A stretch of DNA of 64,000 nt from an uncultured Sphingomonas sp. Lineage in GTDB: Bacteria > Pseudomonadota > Alphaproteobacteria > Sphingomonadales > Sphingomonadaceae. Shown here piece after piece: positions 10,211 through 21,140 of this stretch. The notes beneath the pieces were generated by a model. It saw only the letters and a program-made list of their open reading frames with translations, did not search any database and was not told the origin of the DNA. The stretch's first letter is position 1, and every line of letters begins with the position of its first letter. Location: the NCBI GenBank assembly GCA_913774925.1, contig CAJYKB010000049.1, positions 7,496-71,495 of the forward strand, in the 5' to 3' direction. The translations under genes were made by a program, and so were the position numbers.

Positions 10211-10575
10211 CCGCTTCCATCCTGACCGTCGACGACAGCGCCAGCCTGCGCATGGCGATCCGTATCGCGCTGACCGGCGCGGGCTATGCCGTGACGGAGG
10301 CCGCCGATGGCGCCGAAGGCCTGGCGAAGGCGACCGCGACGCGCTTCGACCTGATCGTCACCGACCTGAACATGCCCAATATGGACGGGCTGGAGATGAT
10401 CCGCGCGCTGCGCCAGCAGCCGGCGCAGGCGGGCGTGCCGATCATCTTCCTGACCACGGAATCGGACGATTCGATGAAGGCGCAGGCGAAGGCCGCGGGC
10501 GCCACCGGCTGGCTGGTAAAGCCGTTCCAGCCCGAACAGCTGATCCGCGTCGCGCAGAAGGTGCTCGCACGGTGA
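10207..10575 (+). CDS. cheY: Single-domain response regulator CheY
   Basis: ILTVDDS, TDLNMPNMDG, FLTTES, GWLVKPF. Confidence 0.92.
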   Translation: MTASILTVDDSASLRMAIRIALTGAGYAVTEAADGAEGLAKATATRFDLIVTDLNMPNMDGLEMIRALRQQPAQAGVPIIFLTTESDDSMKAQAKAAGATGWLVKPFQPEQLIRVAQKVLAR

Positions 10576-12533
10576 GCGAGGATCCGACAGCCGCCTTCCG
10601 CATCGAGGCGGGGGAGCTTCTCGAACAGGTCGAACAGGGTCTGCTGGACCTGCGTGATCGGCTGGACGACCTGGGGCTAGTGAACGCGGTGTTCCGCGGG
10701 CTGCACACGCTGAAGGGTTCGGGCGCGATGTTCGGGTTCGACGCGCTGGCGGGGTTCACCCACCATTGCGAAACCGCGTTCGACCGCGTCCGCAAGGGCG
10801 ACGTGCGCGCGACCCCGGAACTGGTCGACGTCATCCTGTCGGCGGGCGATCATATGCGCGCGCTGGTGGACGGTGCCGCGTCGCCGGCGGACGGGCAGGC
10901 GATCCTCGACCGCCTCGCCGCGGCGGTGGACGCCGCCGCCGGGGCGGACGCCCCGTCCGCTCCCGCGGCGCCTGCCGCGACGACGGGCTGGACGCTGACC
11001 TTCACGCTGCCGCCCGACGCGATGGCGAACGGGACGAACCCGCTGGCGCTGCTCGACGAGTTGCGTGAGCTGGGCGAAGCGACGATCGTCGCGCGGACCG
11101 ATGCGATCCCGACGCTGGATGCGCTGGTGCCGAACCACTGCATGGTCGGTTGGGACTGCACGCTGATCGGCGACATCACGCGCGATGCGATCGAGGACGT
11201 GTTCCTGTTCGTCATGGACGACATGGAGATCACGATCGCACCGCTCGCGGTGGAGGCCGAGGAGGTCGCGGTCGCGCCGGATCCGGTCGCCGACGCGCCG
11301 TCGCTGCCCGTCGCCGCCAATGACGCGGGCAAGCCCGCCGCCGCCGCGAGCCGCGCGCAGGGCGAGCATGTCCGCGTGCCGGCCGAGCGGCTGGACGCGC
11401 TGATGGACCGCGTCGGCGAACTCGTCATCGCGCAAAGCCGGCTGTCGCAGCTGGCGGGGCACGGCCAGGATCTGGCGCTGCGCTCCGTATCCGAGGAGAT
11501 CGAGCGGCTGGCCGGCGAGATGCGCGACACGATGATGGTGCTGCGCATGGTGCCGGTGTCGACGCTGTTCGGCCGCTTCCGCCGGCTGATCCACGACCTC
11601 GCCAACGAAACCGGCAAGGCGATCGAGCTGGTGACCGAGGGCGAGGCGACCGAGGTCGACAAGACCGTCATCGAGCGGCTGTTCGACCCGCTGGTCCATA
11701 TCATCCGCAACTCCTGCGACCACGGGCTGGAGACGGCCGAGGATCGCATCGCGGCGGGCAAGTCGGGCACCGGGCTGATCCGCCTGAGCGCGCACCAGGC
11801 CGGCGGCGAGGTGCTCATCACCATCACCGACGACGGCCGCGGCATCGCGCGCGACCGCATCCGCGCGAAGGCGGAGGCCAACGGCCTCATCGCGCCGGGG
11901 CAGCCGATGTCGGACGACGAATTGCTGGGGCTGATCTTCCACCCCGGCTTCTCAACCGCGGCGCAGGTGACGAACCTGTCCGGGCGCGGCGTCGGCATGG
12001 ACGTGGTGAAGCGCACGATCGAGAGCCTGCGCGGATCGATCGACGTGAAGAGCGTGGACGGGGCGGGATCGACGATCACGCTGCGCATCCCGCTGACGCT
12101 GGCGATCATCGAAGGGCTGCTGGTCCGGGTGGGCGAGGGGCGCTACGTCATTCCGCTCTCCGCGGTCGAGGAATGCCTGGAGCTGTCGCTGGAGGAGGAT
12201 CTGCGCTCGCGCGGGCGCAGCATCATCACCCTTCGGGAGCGGCTGATCCCGTTCCTGCGGCTGCGCGAGGTGTTCGACACCGGCACGCGGCCCGATACCT
12301 ATCAGAAGATCGTCGTCGTCGGCACCGGCTCCGAGCGGGTCGGCCTGGTCGTCGACCAGATCATCGGCAACCACCAGACCGTCATCAAGGCGATGTCGCC
12401 GCTGCACCGGGGCGTCGCCTCGTTCGCGGGCGCCACGATCCTGGGCGACGGCTCGGTCGCGCTGATCCTCGACATCGCCCAGCTCGTCGCGCTGGGCCAG
12501 CCACGGGAGGAGCGGCGCCTCGCCGCTGGATAA
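10572..12533 (+). CDS. cheA: Chemotaxis histidine kinase CheA
   Basis: Hpt FRGLHTLKG; dimer domain LMDRVGELVI; HIIRNSCDHG, DDGRG, SGRGVGMDVV; C-terminal CheW domain. Confidence 0.96.
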   Translation: MSEDPTAAFRIEAGELLEQVEQGLLDLRDRLDDLGLVNAVFRGLHTLKGSGAMFGFDALAGFTHHCETAFDRVRKGDVRATPELVDVILSAGDHMRALVDGAASPADGQAILDRLAAAVDAAAGADAPSAPAAPAATTGWTLTFTLPPDAMANGTNPLALLDELRELGEATIVARTDAIPTLDALVPNHCMVGWDCTLIGDITRDAIEDVFLFVMDDMEITIAPLAVEAEEVAVAPDPVADAPSLPVAANDAGKPAAAASRAQGEHVRVPAERLDALMDRVGELVIAQSRLSQLAGHGQDLALRSVSEEIERLAGEMRDTMMVLRMVPVSTLFGRFRRLIHDLANETGKAIELVTEGEATEVDKTVIERLFDPLVHIIRNSCDHGLETAEDRIAAGKSGTGLIRLSAHQAGGEVLITITDDGRGIARDRIRAKAEANGLIAPGQPMSDDELLGLIFHPGFSTAAQVTNLSGRGVGMDVVKRTIESLRGSIDVKSVDGAGSTITLRIPLTLAIIEGLLVRVGEGRYVIPLSAVEECLELSLEEDLRSRGRSIITLRERLIPFLRLREVFDTGTRPDTYQKIVVVGTGSERVGLVVDQIIGNHQTVIKAMSPLHRGVASFAGATILGDGSVALILDIAQLVALGQPREERRLAAG

Positions 12534-12537
12534 GACG

Positions 12538-13041
12538 ATGCCCTATCACAAGATTCCCGACTGGACGCCGGAACGCGGGCTGGAGGTGCTGACCTTCGGC
12601 CTGGGCGGAGAGACGTTCGCGCTGCAGGCCGGCATCGTGCAGGAGATCCTGGACATGCAGCCGGTCACCACGGTGCCGGGCGCCGATCCGCTGGCCGCGG
12701 CGGTCATCAACTTCCGCGGGCGCATCGTGCCGCTCGCCGACCTGCGCGGATCGTTCGGCATGGAGGCGCACGCCACCACCGCCGACAGCCGCATCATCGT
12801 CATCGAGCTGGAGCTGGACGGCAATCCCACCCTGATCGGGCTGGCCGCCGACCGCGTCAACGAAGTGACCGTGCTGAACGCCGGCGATGCGGAGGAGGCG
12901 CCGGTCATCGGCATCCGCTGGCCGCGCGAGCACATCCGCTGCCTGGTGCGGCGCGAGGGCGACGTCATCGTCCTGCCCGATCTTCCGCAATTGTTTTCCC
13001 GGCTCACCGCGACCGCGGGCGAGCCGGCCACGATCCACTGA
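12538..13041 (+). CDS. cheW: CheW coupling protein
   Basis: [27 protein letters not shown]. Confidence 0.9.
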   Translation: MPYHKIPDWTPERGLEVLTFGLGGETFALQAGIVQEILDMQPVTTVPGADPLAAAVINFRGRIVPLADLRGSFGMEAHATTADSRIIVIELELDGNPTLIGLAADRVNEVTVLNAGDAEEAPVIGIRWPREHIRCLVRREGDVIVLPDLPQLFSRLTATAGEPATIH

Positions 13042-13078
13042 CATCTCACGACTTTCTTCCCGAGGGGGGCTTCCTATC

Positions 13079-14884
13079 ATGCGAGCTACGATCAAAATGA
13101 AACTGGCGGCGAGCTTCGCCGTCATCATCCTGCTGCTGCTGGCCGTCGTCGGCGTCGGCATCACCAAGATGAGCACGCTGAACAGTGCCATCTCCGACGT
13201 GATCGCCGGGCCGGCGAAGCGGCTGGAGGTCGCCGTCTCGGCCAGCGACCGCATGGGCAAGACCCTGCGGTTCGAAAAGAACATGGCGCTGACGAACGAC
13301 GACGCCCTCACGCGGAAGTTCGACGCGGAGGACGTGAAGGCGCGCAACGAAACCCAGGCGCTGATCGCCGAGGGCGTCCAGACCGCGGTTCCCGACACCA
13401 AGCCGCGCTGGCTTCAGGTCCAGTCCACGTTCGAGCAGTTCGTGCCGGTGAACGACGAGGTCCGCCGCCTGGCGCTCGCCAACAAGAACGCCGAGGCGGG
13501 GGCGCTCTCGATCACGAAGTCGCGTGAGATCGTCACCACCATGAGCGGCCTGCTGGATCAGGTAGTCCAGGATTCGAAGCAGGACATGAAGGATGCGGAC
13601 GACAGCACCAACGAGCTGTATGCCAATGCCCGCAACATTCTGCTGACGACCGCCGCGCTCGCGCTGCTGGTCGCCATCGCCGGTGCGTTCTGGATCTCGC
13701 GGATCGTCTCGCGTGGCCTGAAGACCGCGTCGATCGCGATCGAGGCGGTGGCGATCGGTGATCTGGAGCAGGACGTCAAGGTCACCACCAACGACGAGAT
13801 CAAGGATCTGGTCGACACCGTCAACCGGATGACGGGCAACCTGCGCCAGAGCGCGCAGCTGGCCGACACGATCGCCGCGGGCGATCTGACCGTCGACCAC
13901 CAGCCGCTGTCGGACAAGGACATGCTGGGCCACGCCCTCGTCTCGATGGTCGAGCGTCTGCGCGGCGTCGTCGGCGACACCACGGTCGCGGCGCAGAACG
14001 TCGCGGCGGGCAGCCAGCAGCTGTCGTCCTCGTCCGAGCAGGTGTCGCAGGGCGCGACCGAGCAGGCGGCGGCGGCCGAGGAAGCTTCCGCGTCGATGGA
14101 GCAGATGGCGGCCAACATCAAGCAGAACGCCGACAACGCGACCCAGACCGAGAAGATCGCGCGTCAGTCGTCGCAGGATGCCGAGCAGAGCGGGGTGGCG
14201 GTGCAGAAGGCGGTCGTCGCGATGCGCACCATCGCCGAGAAGATCGGCATCGTGCAGGAGATCGCACGCCAGACCGACCTGCTGGCGCTGAACGCGGCGG
14301 TCGAGGCGGCCCGCGCCGGCGAGCATGGCCGCGGCTTCGCGGTGGTCGCCGCAGAGGTCCGCAAGCTGGCCGAGCGCAGCCAGACCGCGGCTGCCGAGAT
14401 CAGCGGCATGTCGTCCGACACCGTGTCGGCCGCGACCGAGGCGGGCGAGATGCTGACGAAGCTGGTGCCCGACATCCGCCGTACCGCCGAACTGGTGTCC
14501 GAAATCAGCGCGGCGTGCCGCGAGCAGGATATCGGCGCCGTGCAGATCAACGAGGCGATCCAGCAGCTGGACAAGGTGACGCAGCAGAATGCGTCGGCAT
14601 CCGAGCAGATTTCCGCCACGTCGGAGGAACTGTCGAGCCAGGCCGAGGAACTGCAGGAGGGCATCGCCTACTTCCGTGTCGACGGCGTGGGTCATGGCAA
14701 GCCGAAGGCCGCCGCGCGCAAGCCGGCCAGCCGCCCGGCAGCCGCGACCAGGCCGGCGGTCCGCAAGCCAGCGGCGAAGCCGAACTCGGTCGCCGATCAG
14801 CAGGCCCGTGCGCGTGGCTTCGCGCTCGACCTGACCACCGGCGGTCCGGACGGCGAGGACGCCGAATTCGGTCGCGCCGCATGA
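13079..14884 (+). CDS. Methyl-accepting chemotaxis protein (2 TM, four-helix sensor, HAMP, signalling domain)
   Basis: Two TM segments; [40 protein letters not shown]; [15 protein letters not shown]. Confidence 0.95.
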   Translation: MRATIKMKLAASFAVIILLLLAVVGVGITKMSTLNSAISDVIAGPAKRLEVAVSASDRMGKTLRFEKNMALTNDDALTRKFDAEDVKARNETQALIAEGVQTAVPDTKPRWLQVQSTFEQFVPVNDEVRRLALANKNAEAGALSITKSREIVTTMSGLLDQVVQDSKQDMKDADDSTNELYANARNILLTTAALALLVAIAGAFWISRIVSRGLKTASIAIEAVAIGDLEQDVKVTTNDEIKDLVDTVNRMTGNLRQSAQLADTIAAGDLTVDHQPLSDKDMLGHALVSMVERLRGVVGDTTVAAQNVAAGSQQLSSSSEQVSQGATEQAAAAEEASASMEQMAANIKQNADNATQTEKIARQSSQDAEQSGVAVQKAVVAMRTIAEKIGIVQEIARQTDLLALNAAVEAARAGEHGRGFAVVAAEVRKLAERSQTAAAEISGMSSDTVSAATEAGEMLTKLVPDIRRTAELVSEISAACREQDIGAVQINEAIQQLDKVTQQNASASEQISATSEELSSQAEELQEGIAYFRVDGVGHGKPKAAARKPASRPAAATRPAVRKPAAKPNSVADQQARARGFALDLTTGGPDGEDAEFGRAA

Positions 14885-15372
14885 CGACCACCGGCCAGGA
14901 CATCCAGGTCGTGGTCTTCGGGCTCGGGGAGGAGGAATTCGGCCTCCCCGTCGCCTCGGTCCGCGAGATCCTGGACCACCGCCCCGCCTATCGGGTGCCC
15001 AACGCACCGGCGTGGTTCCTGGGGCTGACCGACGTGCGCGGCCTGTCGGTCCCGATGGTCGACCTGCGCGTCCGCCTGGGGATGAGCCCCGCGGAGCCGA
15101 CGCTGGCGACCCGCGTCCTGGTCGTCGATGTCGCCGCCGCTGGCGGTGAGCCGCTGGCGCTGGGGCTGGTGGTGGACCGCGTATCCGACGTCAGCACCTT
15201 CGGCGCCGACGCGATCGAGCGCGCGCCCGACCTGGGCGGGCGCTGGCGCTCCGAGCAGATCGACGCGATCCTGCGCCGCGGCGCCGGCTTCGTCGCGCTG
15301 CTGGACGTCGACCGGCTGTTCGGCACGGCCGGTGCGGGCGACGCGATCGCCGCGCTGGCGCTCGCCGCCTGA
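14881..15372 (+). CDS. cheW: Second CheW
   Basis: ATGA overlap with the MCP stop; [36 protein letters not shown]. Confidence 0.9.
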   Translation: MTTTGQDIQVVVFGLGEEEFGLPVASVREILDHRPAYRVPNAPAWFLGLTDVRGLSVPMVDLRVRLGMSPAEPTLATRVLVVDVAAAGGEPLALGLVVDRVSDVSTFGADAIERAPDLGGRWRSEQIDAILRRGAGFVALLDVDRLFGTAGAGDAIAALALAA

Positions 15373-15445
15373 CACGATCGGCCGTCGCGGATCCGCGACG
15401 GCCGTTGCGACCTCTGCGCCCGCCCGGGCGAGCAGGAGATACCCG

Positions 15446-16297
15446 TTGAGCAATGCCGCCCGTGTGCCGATGAACGACGATGCGCTGTCGCGCCGCGACT
15501 TCGATCGGCTGTCCGCCTATATCTACGACAAGGCGGGCATCCGGCTGCCCCCGGCCAAGATGACCATGATCGAGGGGCGCCTGCGCCGCCGGGTGCGCGC
15601 CAACGGGATGGCGAGCCTGCGCGACTATTGCGGCTGGCTGTTCGAGGGCGACCATCTGGAGGCCGAGAGCGAGCACCTCATCAACGCGGTCACCACGAAC
15701 AAGACCGACTTCTTTCGCGAACCCAAGCACTTCGACTATATGGTCGGGACCGCGCTGCCCAGGCTGCGGAGCGAGGGCAAGACCCGGCTGCGGGTGTGGA
15801 GCGCGGCCTGCTCGACGGGGGCGGAGCCGTACACGCTGGCGATGGTGCTGGACGCCTTCGCCCGGGATCATGGCGGCCCCGACTATGGCATCCTGGCGAC
15901 CGACCTGGACAGCGAGGTGCTGCGCACCGCGAAGCGCGGCGTCTATCCGGCATCGATGCTGGATCCCGTGCCGGCGTCGATGCGCGCGCGCTATTCGCTG
16001 CGCGCGACCGATCCGAAGCGTAGCGAGGTGCGGATCGTCCCCGAACTGCGCGCCTCGGTCGGCTTCGCGCAGATGAATCTGATGGACGAACGCTATCCGG
16101 TGGGCGACCCGATGGACATCATCTTCTGCCGCAACGTGCTGATCTATTTCGACAAGCCGACGCAGCAGAAGGTCGTGCGACGGCTCGCCGACTGTCTGCG
16201 TCCGGGCGGGCTGCTGTTCCTGGGCCATTCGGAATCGATCACGGGATTCGACCTGCCACTGACCACGGTGTCGAACACCGTCTTCGCAAGGACGTGA
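15446..16297 (+). CDS. cheR: Chemotaxis methyltransferase CheR
   Basis: TTG start after AGGAG; [40 protein letters not shown]. Confidence 0.95.
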   Translation: MSNAARVPMNDDALSRRDFDRLSAYIYDKAGIRLPPAKMTMIEGRLRRRVRANGMASLRDYCGWLFEGDHLEAESEHLINAVTTNKTDFFREPKHFDYMVGTALPRLRSEGKTRLRVWSAACSTGAEPYTLAMVLDAFARDHGGPDYGILATDLDSEVLRTAKRGVYPASMLDPVPASMRARYSLRATDPKRSEVRIVPELRASVGFAQMNLMDERYPVGDPMDIIFCRNVLIYFDKPTQQKVVRRLADCLRPGGLLFLGHSESITGFDLPLTTVSNTVFART

Positions 16298-16299
16298 CG

Positions 16300-17373
16300 A
16301 TGAAGAAGATCCGTGTGCTCATCATCGACGACAGCGCCAGCGTGCGCCAGGCGATGACCGCGATCCTGTCCGCCGATCCCGAGATCGAGGTGATCGCGGC
16401 GGCCGCCGATCCGTTCGCCGCCGCGCGGTACATCCAGAACGAGATACCCGACGTCATCACGCTCGACGTGGAGATGCCGCGGATGGACGGCATCACCTTC
16501 CTGCGCAAGCTGATGACGCAGCGCCCGATCCCGGTCGTGATGTGCTCGTCGCTGGTCGAGGAGGGGTCGGAGACGCTGCTCCAGGCGCTGGAGGCGGGGG
16601 CGGTCGACGTCATCCTGAAGCCGCGCGTGGGCGTGGCCGATCATCTGGCCGAGGCGCACCTGATGATCCGCGAGACGGTGAAGGGTGCGGCCAATGCGCG
16701 GCCGAGCGCACGTCGTGCGGCGCGTGCCGCGGCGCCGGCGCAGAAGCTGACCGCGGACGCCGTCCTGCCGCCGCCCACGGGCCGCGCGATGAGCCGCACG
16801 ACCGAGATGGTGGTGGCGATCGGCGCCTCGACCGGCGGGACCGAGGCGCTGCGCGAAGTGCTGGAGGCGCTGCCCGCCAATTCGCCGGGCATCGTCATCG
16901 TCCAGCACATGCCCGAGAGCTTCACGCGCGCCTTCGCCAAGCGGCTCGACGGGCTGTGCCAGGTCGACGTGAAGGAGGCCGAGGACGGCGACACCGTGAT
17001 GCGCGGGCGCGTCCTGATCGCGCCGGGGGGCCTGCGCCACACCATGCTGGAGCGGCAGGGCGCACGCTATGTCGTGGCGGTGCGCGAGGGGCCGCTGGTA
17101 TCGCGCCATCGCCCGTCGGTCGACGTGCTGTTCCGCTCCGCCGCGCGCAACGCAGGCGCCAATGCGGTGGGAATCATCCTGACCGGGATGGGCGACGACG
17201 GCGCGCGCGGGCTGCTGGAGATGAAGCAGGCCGGCGCGCGCACCTTCGCGCAGGACGAAGCATCGTCGGTGGTGTTCGGCATGCCCAAGGAAGCGATCGC
17301 GCGCGGCGCGGCGGACCGGGTGATCCCGCTCGGCAGCGTCGCCCGCGAGCTGCTTCAGGCGACCGCACGCTAG
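16300..17373 (+). CDS. cheB: Chemotaxis methylesterase CheB (REC + methylesterase)
   Basis: [11 protein letters not shown]; [33 protein letters not shown]. Confidence 0.96.
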   Translation: MKKIRVLIIDDSASVRQAMTAILSADPEIEVIAAAADPFAAARYIQNEIPDVITLDVEMPRMDGITFLRKLMTQRPIPVVMCSSLVEEGSETLLQALEAGAVDVILKPRVGVADHLAEAHLMIRETVKGAANARPSARRAARAAAPAQKLTADAVLPPPTGRAMSRTTEMVVAIGASTGGTEALREVLEALPANSPGIVIVQHMPESFTRAFAKRLDGLCQVDVKEAEDGDTVMRGRVLIAPGGLRHTMLERQGARYVVAVREGPLVSRHRPSVDVLFRSAARNAGANAVGIILTGMGDDGARGLLEMKQAGARTFAQDEASSVVFGMPKEAIARGAADRVIPLGSVARELLQATAR

Positions 17374-17384
17374 GAGATCGAGTG

Positions 17385-19082
17385 ATGGACATGACCAGGA
17401 TCGCGATCGCCGGGCATGGTGCCGAGCTGGTGTCCGCCAGCGACGCGGCGCATCATCTGGATACCAGCATGTCGGGGCTGGAGGCGTGCTTCCGCACCGT
17501 CGGCGAAGCGCTGGCCGCGGCGATCGGCACGATCGATTGCATGGCGTCGGGACTGGACGAGATCCGCCGCTCGCTGGCGCCGGAGACGGCGGGGGCGGCG
17601 GTGGAGCGTTTGCGGCGGGTGGCGCATCGCCTGCGCACGCTGCCCGACGCGCAGCGGCGCCGCGCGGGCGAGATCGACACGCTGACAACGCGCACGCGCG
17701 AGCTGCGCGCGATGCTGGCGGAGATCCGCACGATCCTCGACCTGCTGGGCATCTACGGGATGAACATCAAGATCACCTCGTCGGGCGAGGCGGCGTTCGT
17801 CGACTTCGTGACGGGGATGGACGGCAAGCTGGAAAGCGGGCGGCGCGAGATCGCGCGGCTGACGCGCGAGCTGGACCAGTTCAACGGCGTCGTGGGGGAC
17901 GTGCGCAAGGCCGACCGACTGCTGTCCGAGGAGGGCGCGCGCGCCGGCAGCAACGTTCCCGACCAGCTGACCGCCAATGCGGGCGCGCTGCAGGAGCATG
18001 TCGATGCGGTGGTTCGGATGACCGACCGCGTCGGCACGATCGTGCGCACGGTCCATGCCGAGGTGGCGCGCGTGCTGGGTGCGATCCAGATCGGCGACAG
18101 CGTGCGCCAGCGTGCCGAACATTGCGTCACCGTCCTGCAGCGCGTCTACGATCCGCAGGCCGGGCTGACGCCGGCCGCGCGGGCGCACGTCGAGCGACTG
18201 GTCGAGGCGCAGCTGCGCGCGATGGCGGGCGATTTCCAGCAGGAGATCGACGCGATCGTGCGCTCGCTCGACCGGGTCGCGCCGCTGGCGGAGCAGCTGC
18301 GCGAGCTGATCGCGGCGCACGGCGGGGGTGGCGACGGCCAGATTCTGGGGATGCTGGAGCAGGATATCGCGAAGCTGGGCACGGTCACCGCGCAATTGTG
18401 CGAGGCGGACGCGCATCTGGCGTCGCTGACGGGGTTCGTCACGCAGACGCTGGGCGAGCTGACACAGGGGCTGGAGCGGATCCAGCATATCGCGGTGGAC
18501 GTGCAGGACATTTCGACCAACACGCGGCTGCTGTCGCGCCGCCACGGCGAGAAGGGTCGCGCGGTCGCGGTGATCGCGAAGGAGGTGGCGCCCTGTGCCA
18601 CGAACCTCGACAAGCTGCGCATCGCGGTCAGCCACCAGATCGAGGCGCTGGGCACGATCGACCTGATCCAGGACGGCGGCGCCGACGACGGCGGGCTGGT
18701 GCTGAACGAGGCGCTGGCGGTCGTCCGCAACGCCTGCGATACGTCCGGCGCCGCGATGATGCGGGGCGGCGACGAGGCGCAGGGCATCATCGCGATGCTT
18801 CAGGCGAGCGCCAGCGACCTGGGCGACCAGCAGTCGTTCACGCAGATGCTGCTGACGGTGGCGGACCGGTTGTCGCTGCAGGCGGCGACGGCGGACGGTG
18901 ACGACCTGACGCAGGACGACGAGGCGGCGCTGCGCGAATTGCTGCCGTGGATCGCGCGCCTCTATACGATGGCGTGCGAACGCGACATCCATGCGGCGTT
19001 CCTGCTGCCGGGGATGGAGGTGGCGGCACCGCCGGCCGCGGCCGCGGTGTCGTTCGACGACGACGACGACGGGTTGTTCTGA
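17385..19082 (+). CDS. Soluble divergent MCP-like coiled-coil protein (565 aa)
   Basis: AGGAG RBS overlapping the cheB stop; degenerate MCP hairpin tips (NIKITSSGEAAF; NTRLLSRRHGEKGRAVAVIAKEV); QIGDSVRQR; YTMACERDIH; no TM segment. Confidence 0.75.
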   Translation: MDMTRIAIAGHGAELVSASDAAHHLDTSMSGLEACFRTVGEALAAAIGTIDCMASGLDEIRRSLAPETAGAAVERLRRVAHRLRTLPDAQRRRAGEIDTLTTRTRELRAMLAEIRTILDLLGIYGMNIKITSSGEAAFVDFVTGMDGKLESGRREIARLTRELDQFNGVVGDVRKADRLLSEEGARAGSNVPDQLTANAGALQEHVDAVVRMTDRVGTIVRTVHAEVARVLGAIQIGDSVRQRAEHCVTVLQRVYDPQAGLTPAARAHVERLVEAQLRAMAGDFQQEIDAIVRSLDRVAPLAEQLRELIAAHGGGGDGQILGMLEQDIAKLGTVTAQLCEADAHLASLTGFVTQTLGELTQGLERIQHIAVDVQDISTNTRLLSRRHGEKGRAVAVIAKEVAPCATNLDKLRIAVSHQIEALGTIDLIQDGGADDGGLVLNEALAVVRNACDTSGAAMMRGGDEAQGIIAMLQASASDLGDQQSFTQMLLTVADRLSLQAATADGDDLTQDDEAALRELLPWIARLYTMACERDIHAAFLLPGMEVAAPPAAAAVSFDDDDDGLF

Positions 19083-19284
19083 CCGGGTAGAAGGAATTTT
19101 CTCCCGTTATGGCGGCGTGGCGAGGCGGTTCGGGGCGGGGTGTGACGCTGCGGGTCGCTTCGCTGCGCTCGTCATGACGGGCCTGTGCGGCTTTGCGGTC
19201 GACGCTGGCAGTCGTGGCCGTGCAGGCGATGCGGTTGAGTCCCTTCCTGCGCGCCAGTGACGAGGCAGGCAGCCGCCCCAAATC

Positions 19285-19312
19285 CGTCATTCCCATGCGG
19301 GTGGGACTCCAG
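19285..19312. repeat. Degenerate CGTC-tagged REP arm
   Basis: CGTCATTCCCATGCGGGTGGGACTCCAG resembles the family B arms. Confidence 0.5.
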
Positions 19313-19430
19313 ATGCGCTGTCGTGGTGACGTGAGGGCCGTCGGTTCGGTGCGGGGGTGGCTGCCGCTACCGCGGTTGAAGGAAGCCGAGGATCATCACG
19401 TATGAACCCCCACCTCCGCAACGAATTTCA

Positions 19431-19521
19431 CCGTGCTCCTGCGTAGGCAGGAGCCCAGAGTTGTCGGTTGCAAGCGGCGTTATATCTGCTTGATCCTGGG
19501 CTGCTGCCTAAGCAGGAGCAC
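19431..19521. repeat. Family A element copy 2 (core reversed relative to other copies)
   Basis: CCGTGCTCCTGCGTAGGCAGGAGCCCAG...CTGGGCTGCTGCCTAAGCAGGAGCAC. Confidence 0.85.
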
Positions 19522-19737
19522 TGCCCTCGTGCGGCGAGGCCCGGGCCGCTTTTAAACGTTCTGCGAGCACAAAAGCACTGTGGGATGCAGGGCCAGCCTA
19601 CCCCGACGGACCGCAGCCGTCGCCGCCGAACAACGACATGACGTTCGCCGCCGGGGGCAATGGCTGGGAGGTGCCGCCCTTGCCGACCCTGTTCGTCATT
19701 TCCGACAGGGTGTGTCGCCGGCGTTTCCTCAGTCCGT

Positions 19738-20076
19738 TCAAATGAACGATCGGTCGCTGCGGTGTGCCGGCTCCGCGGCCGAGCGGGCGGCGATGCGGTC
19801 GTCGTGGACGATCGGGTCGTCGTGGACGACGCGCTCGCCGCCCATCACCGGGCGTTCGACCACGCGCTCCTCCACCACGGGGCGTTCCTTCACCAGGCGG
19901 GCGTTCTCGCGCTCCAGCTCGGCGAGGCGCTTGTTCGTGGCGGCGTGTGCGTCGCGTTCGGCGGCGTAGCGGGTCTTCCACTTCTTGCCGCCGGGGTGGC
20001 TCGCCAGCCCGAACAGCCAGCCCGCGATCAGCGCGATCGCCACCGCGATATATTGCGTCGGCGTGGTGAACAGCAT
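19738..20076 (-). CDS. Small membrane-anchored hypothetical protein
   Basis: AGGAGG RBS; one N-terminal TM helix, then GGKKWKTRY and a coiled-coil. Confidence 0.75.
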   Translation of the reverse strand: MLFTTPTQYIAVAIALIAGWLFGLASHPGGKKWKTRYAAERDAHAATNKRLAELERENARLVKERPVVEERVVERPVMGGERVVHDDPIVHDDRIAARSAAEPAHRSDRSFI

Positions 20077-20103
20077 TTCCCGTCCCTCCTGTTACGCCAT
20101 CTC

Positions 20104-20128
20104 AACGACAGGAGCGGGCGGCTGTTCC
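20104..20128 (-). promoter_or_regulatory. Putative EcfG/SigT (general stress response) promoter
   Basis: Minus strand GGAAC-N16-CGTT, matching the alphaproteobacterial EcfG consensus, ~28 nt upstream of the 19738-20076 start. Confidence 0.65.
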
Positions 20129-20139
20129 CCGTCGGTCGA

Positions 20140-21138
20140 TCAGGGGCCGCCCTTGATGAAGCTGTCGTTGATCGAGCAGGCCGCGGGGCCGAGGATGACG
20201 ACAAACAGCACCGGCAGGATGAAGAGGATGAGCGGCACCGTCATGATCGCGGGCAGGCGCGCGGCCTTTTCCTCGGCGCGCATCATGCGCTCGTTACGGA
20301 ATTCCGCGGACAGCACGCGCAGCGCGCTGGCGAGCGGGGTGCCGTATTTCTCGGTCTGGATCATCGTCGTGACGACGCCTTTCACTGCGTCCAGATCGAC
20401 GCGGGTGGCGAGATTCTCGAACGCCTGGCGCCGGTCGGTGAGGAAACCCAGCTCGATCGCGGTCAGCGCGAATTCCTCGCCCAGCTCGGGATAGGCGCGC
20501 CCCAGCTCCTTCGACACGCGGTGGAAGGCGGCGTCGACGGTCAGGCCCGCCTCGGCGCAGATCACCAGCAGATCGAGCGCGTCGGGCAGCCCCTTGCGGA
20601 TCGCATCGCTGCGCTTGCCGATCTTGTTCTTCAGATAGAGGTCGGGGGACTTGTACGCGAGCACCAGTGTCACCGCGACCAAGGCATAGCGCTTCAGCGG
20701 GTTCCAGTCCGGAAAGGAGTCCATCGCATAGACGTAGACGATCATCAGTCCGCCGAAGACCAGCGGCATGATGAGCCGGCCGAAGATGACCGCGACCGCC
20801 CATTCCTTCTTGCGGATGCCGGCCTGGAGCAGCTTGAGCTGCGCGACCTTGACCTGTTCGTCCTGCAGCACGCGCAGCGAGGACAGGAACGTGCGCAGCC
20901 GGTCGGCGGTCTCGTTCTTCTGCACCAACTTCGCGCGGCGCTTGCTGGTGGAGGCGGTGATGCCCGCCTTCAGCTGCTCGCGCCGGTCGTTCAGCGCCTT
21001 GACGCGGCGCGCCATCGGGTCGCGCACGCCCAGCGCGGCATAGATGGCGAAGAACACCGCCGCCGCGGCGATGCCCGACAGCATCGTCGCCAGCGTGACG
21101 ACGTCGAAGCCCATGAAGGTGGCGCGTGCGGGTTCCAT
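20140..21138 (-). CDS. tadC: Tad pilus inner-membrane platform TadC
   Basis: LPDALDLLVICAEAGL, QTEKYGTPL, RAEEKAARLP. Confidence 0.92.
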   Translation of the reverse strand: MEPARATFMGFDVVTLATMLSGIAAAAVFFAIYAALGVRDPMARRVKALNDRREQLKAGITASTSKRRAKLVQKNETADRLRTFLSSLRVLQDEQVKVAQLKLLQAGIRKKEWAVAVIFGRLIMPLVFGGLMIVYVYAMDSFPDWNPLKRYALVAVTLVLAYKSPDLYLKNKIGKRSDAIRKGLPDALDLLVICAEAGLTVDAAFHRVSKELGRAYPELGEEFALTAIELGFLTDRRQAFENLATRVDLDAVKGVVTTMIQTEKYGTPLASALRVLSAEFRNERMMRAEEKAARLPAIMTVPLILFILPVLFVVILGPAACSINDSFIKGGP

Positions 21139-21140
21139 CG

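Noticed and set aside
19598-19737. Small ORF or sRNA downstream of the 112-aa gene
   Set aside because: There is only an imperfect hairpin and no supported start or family motif.
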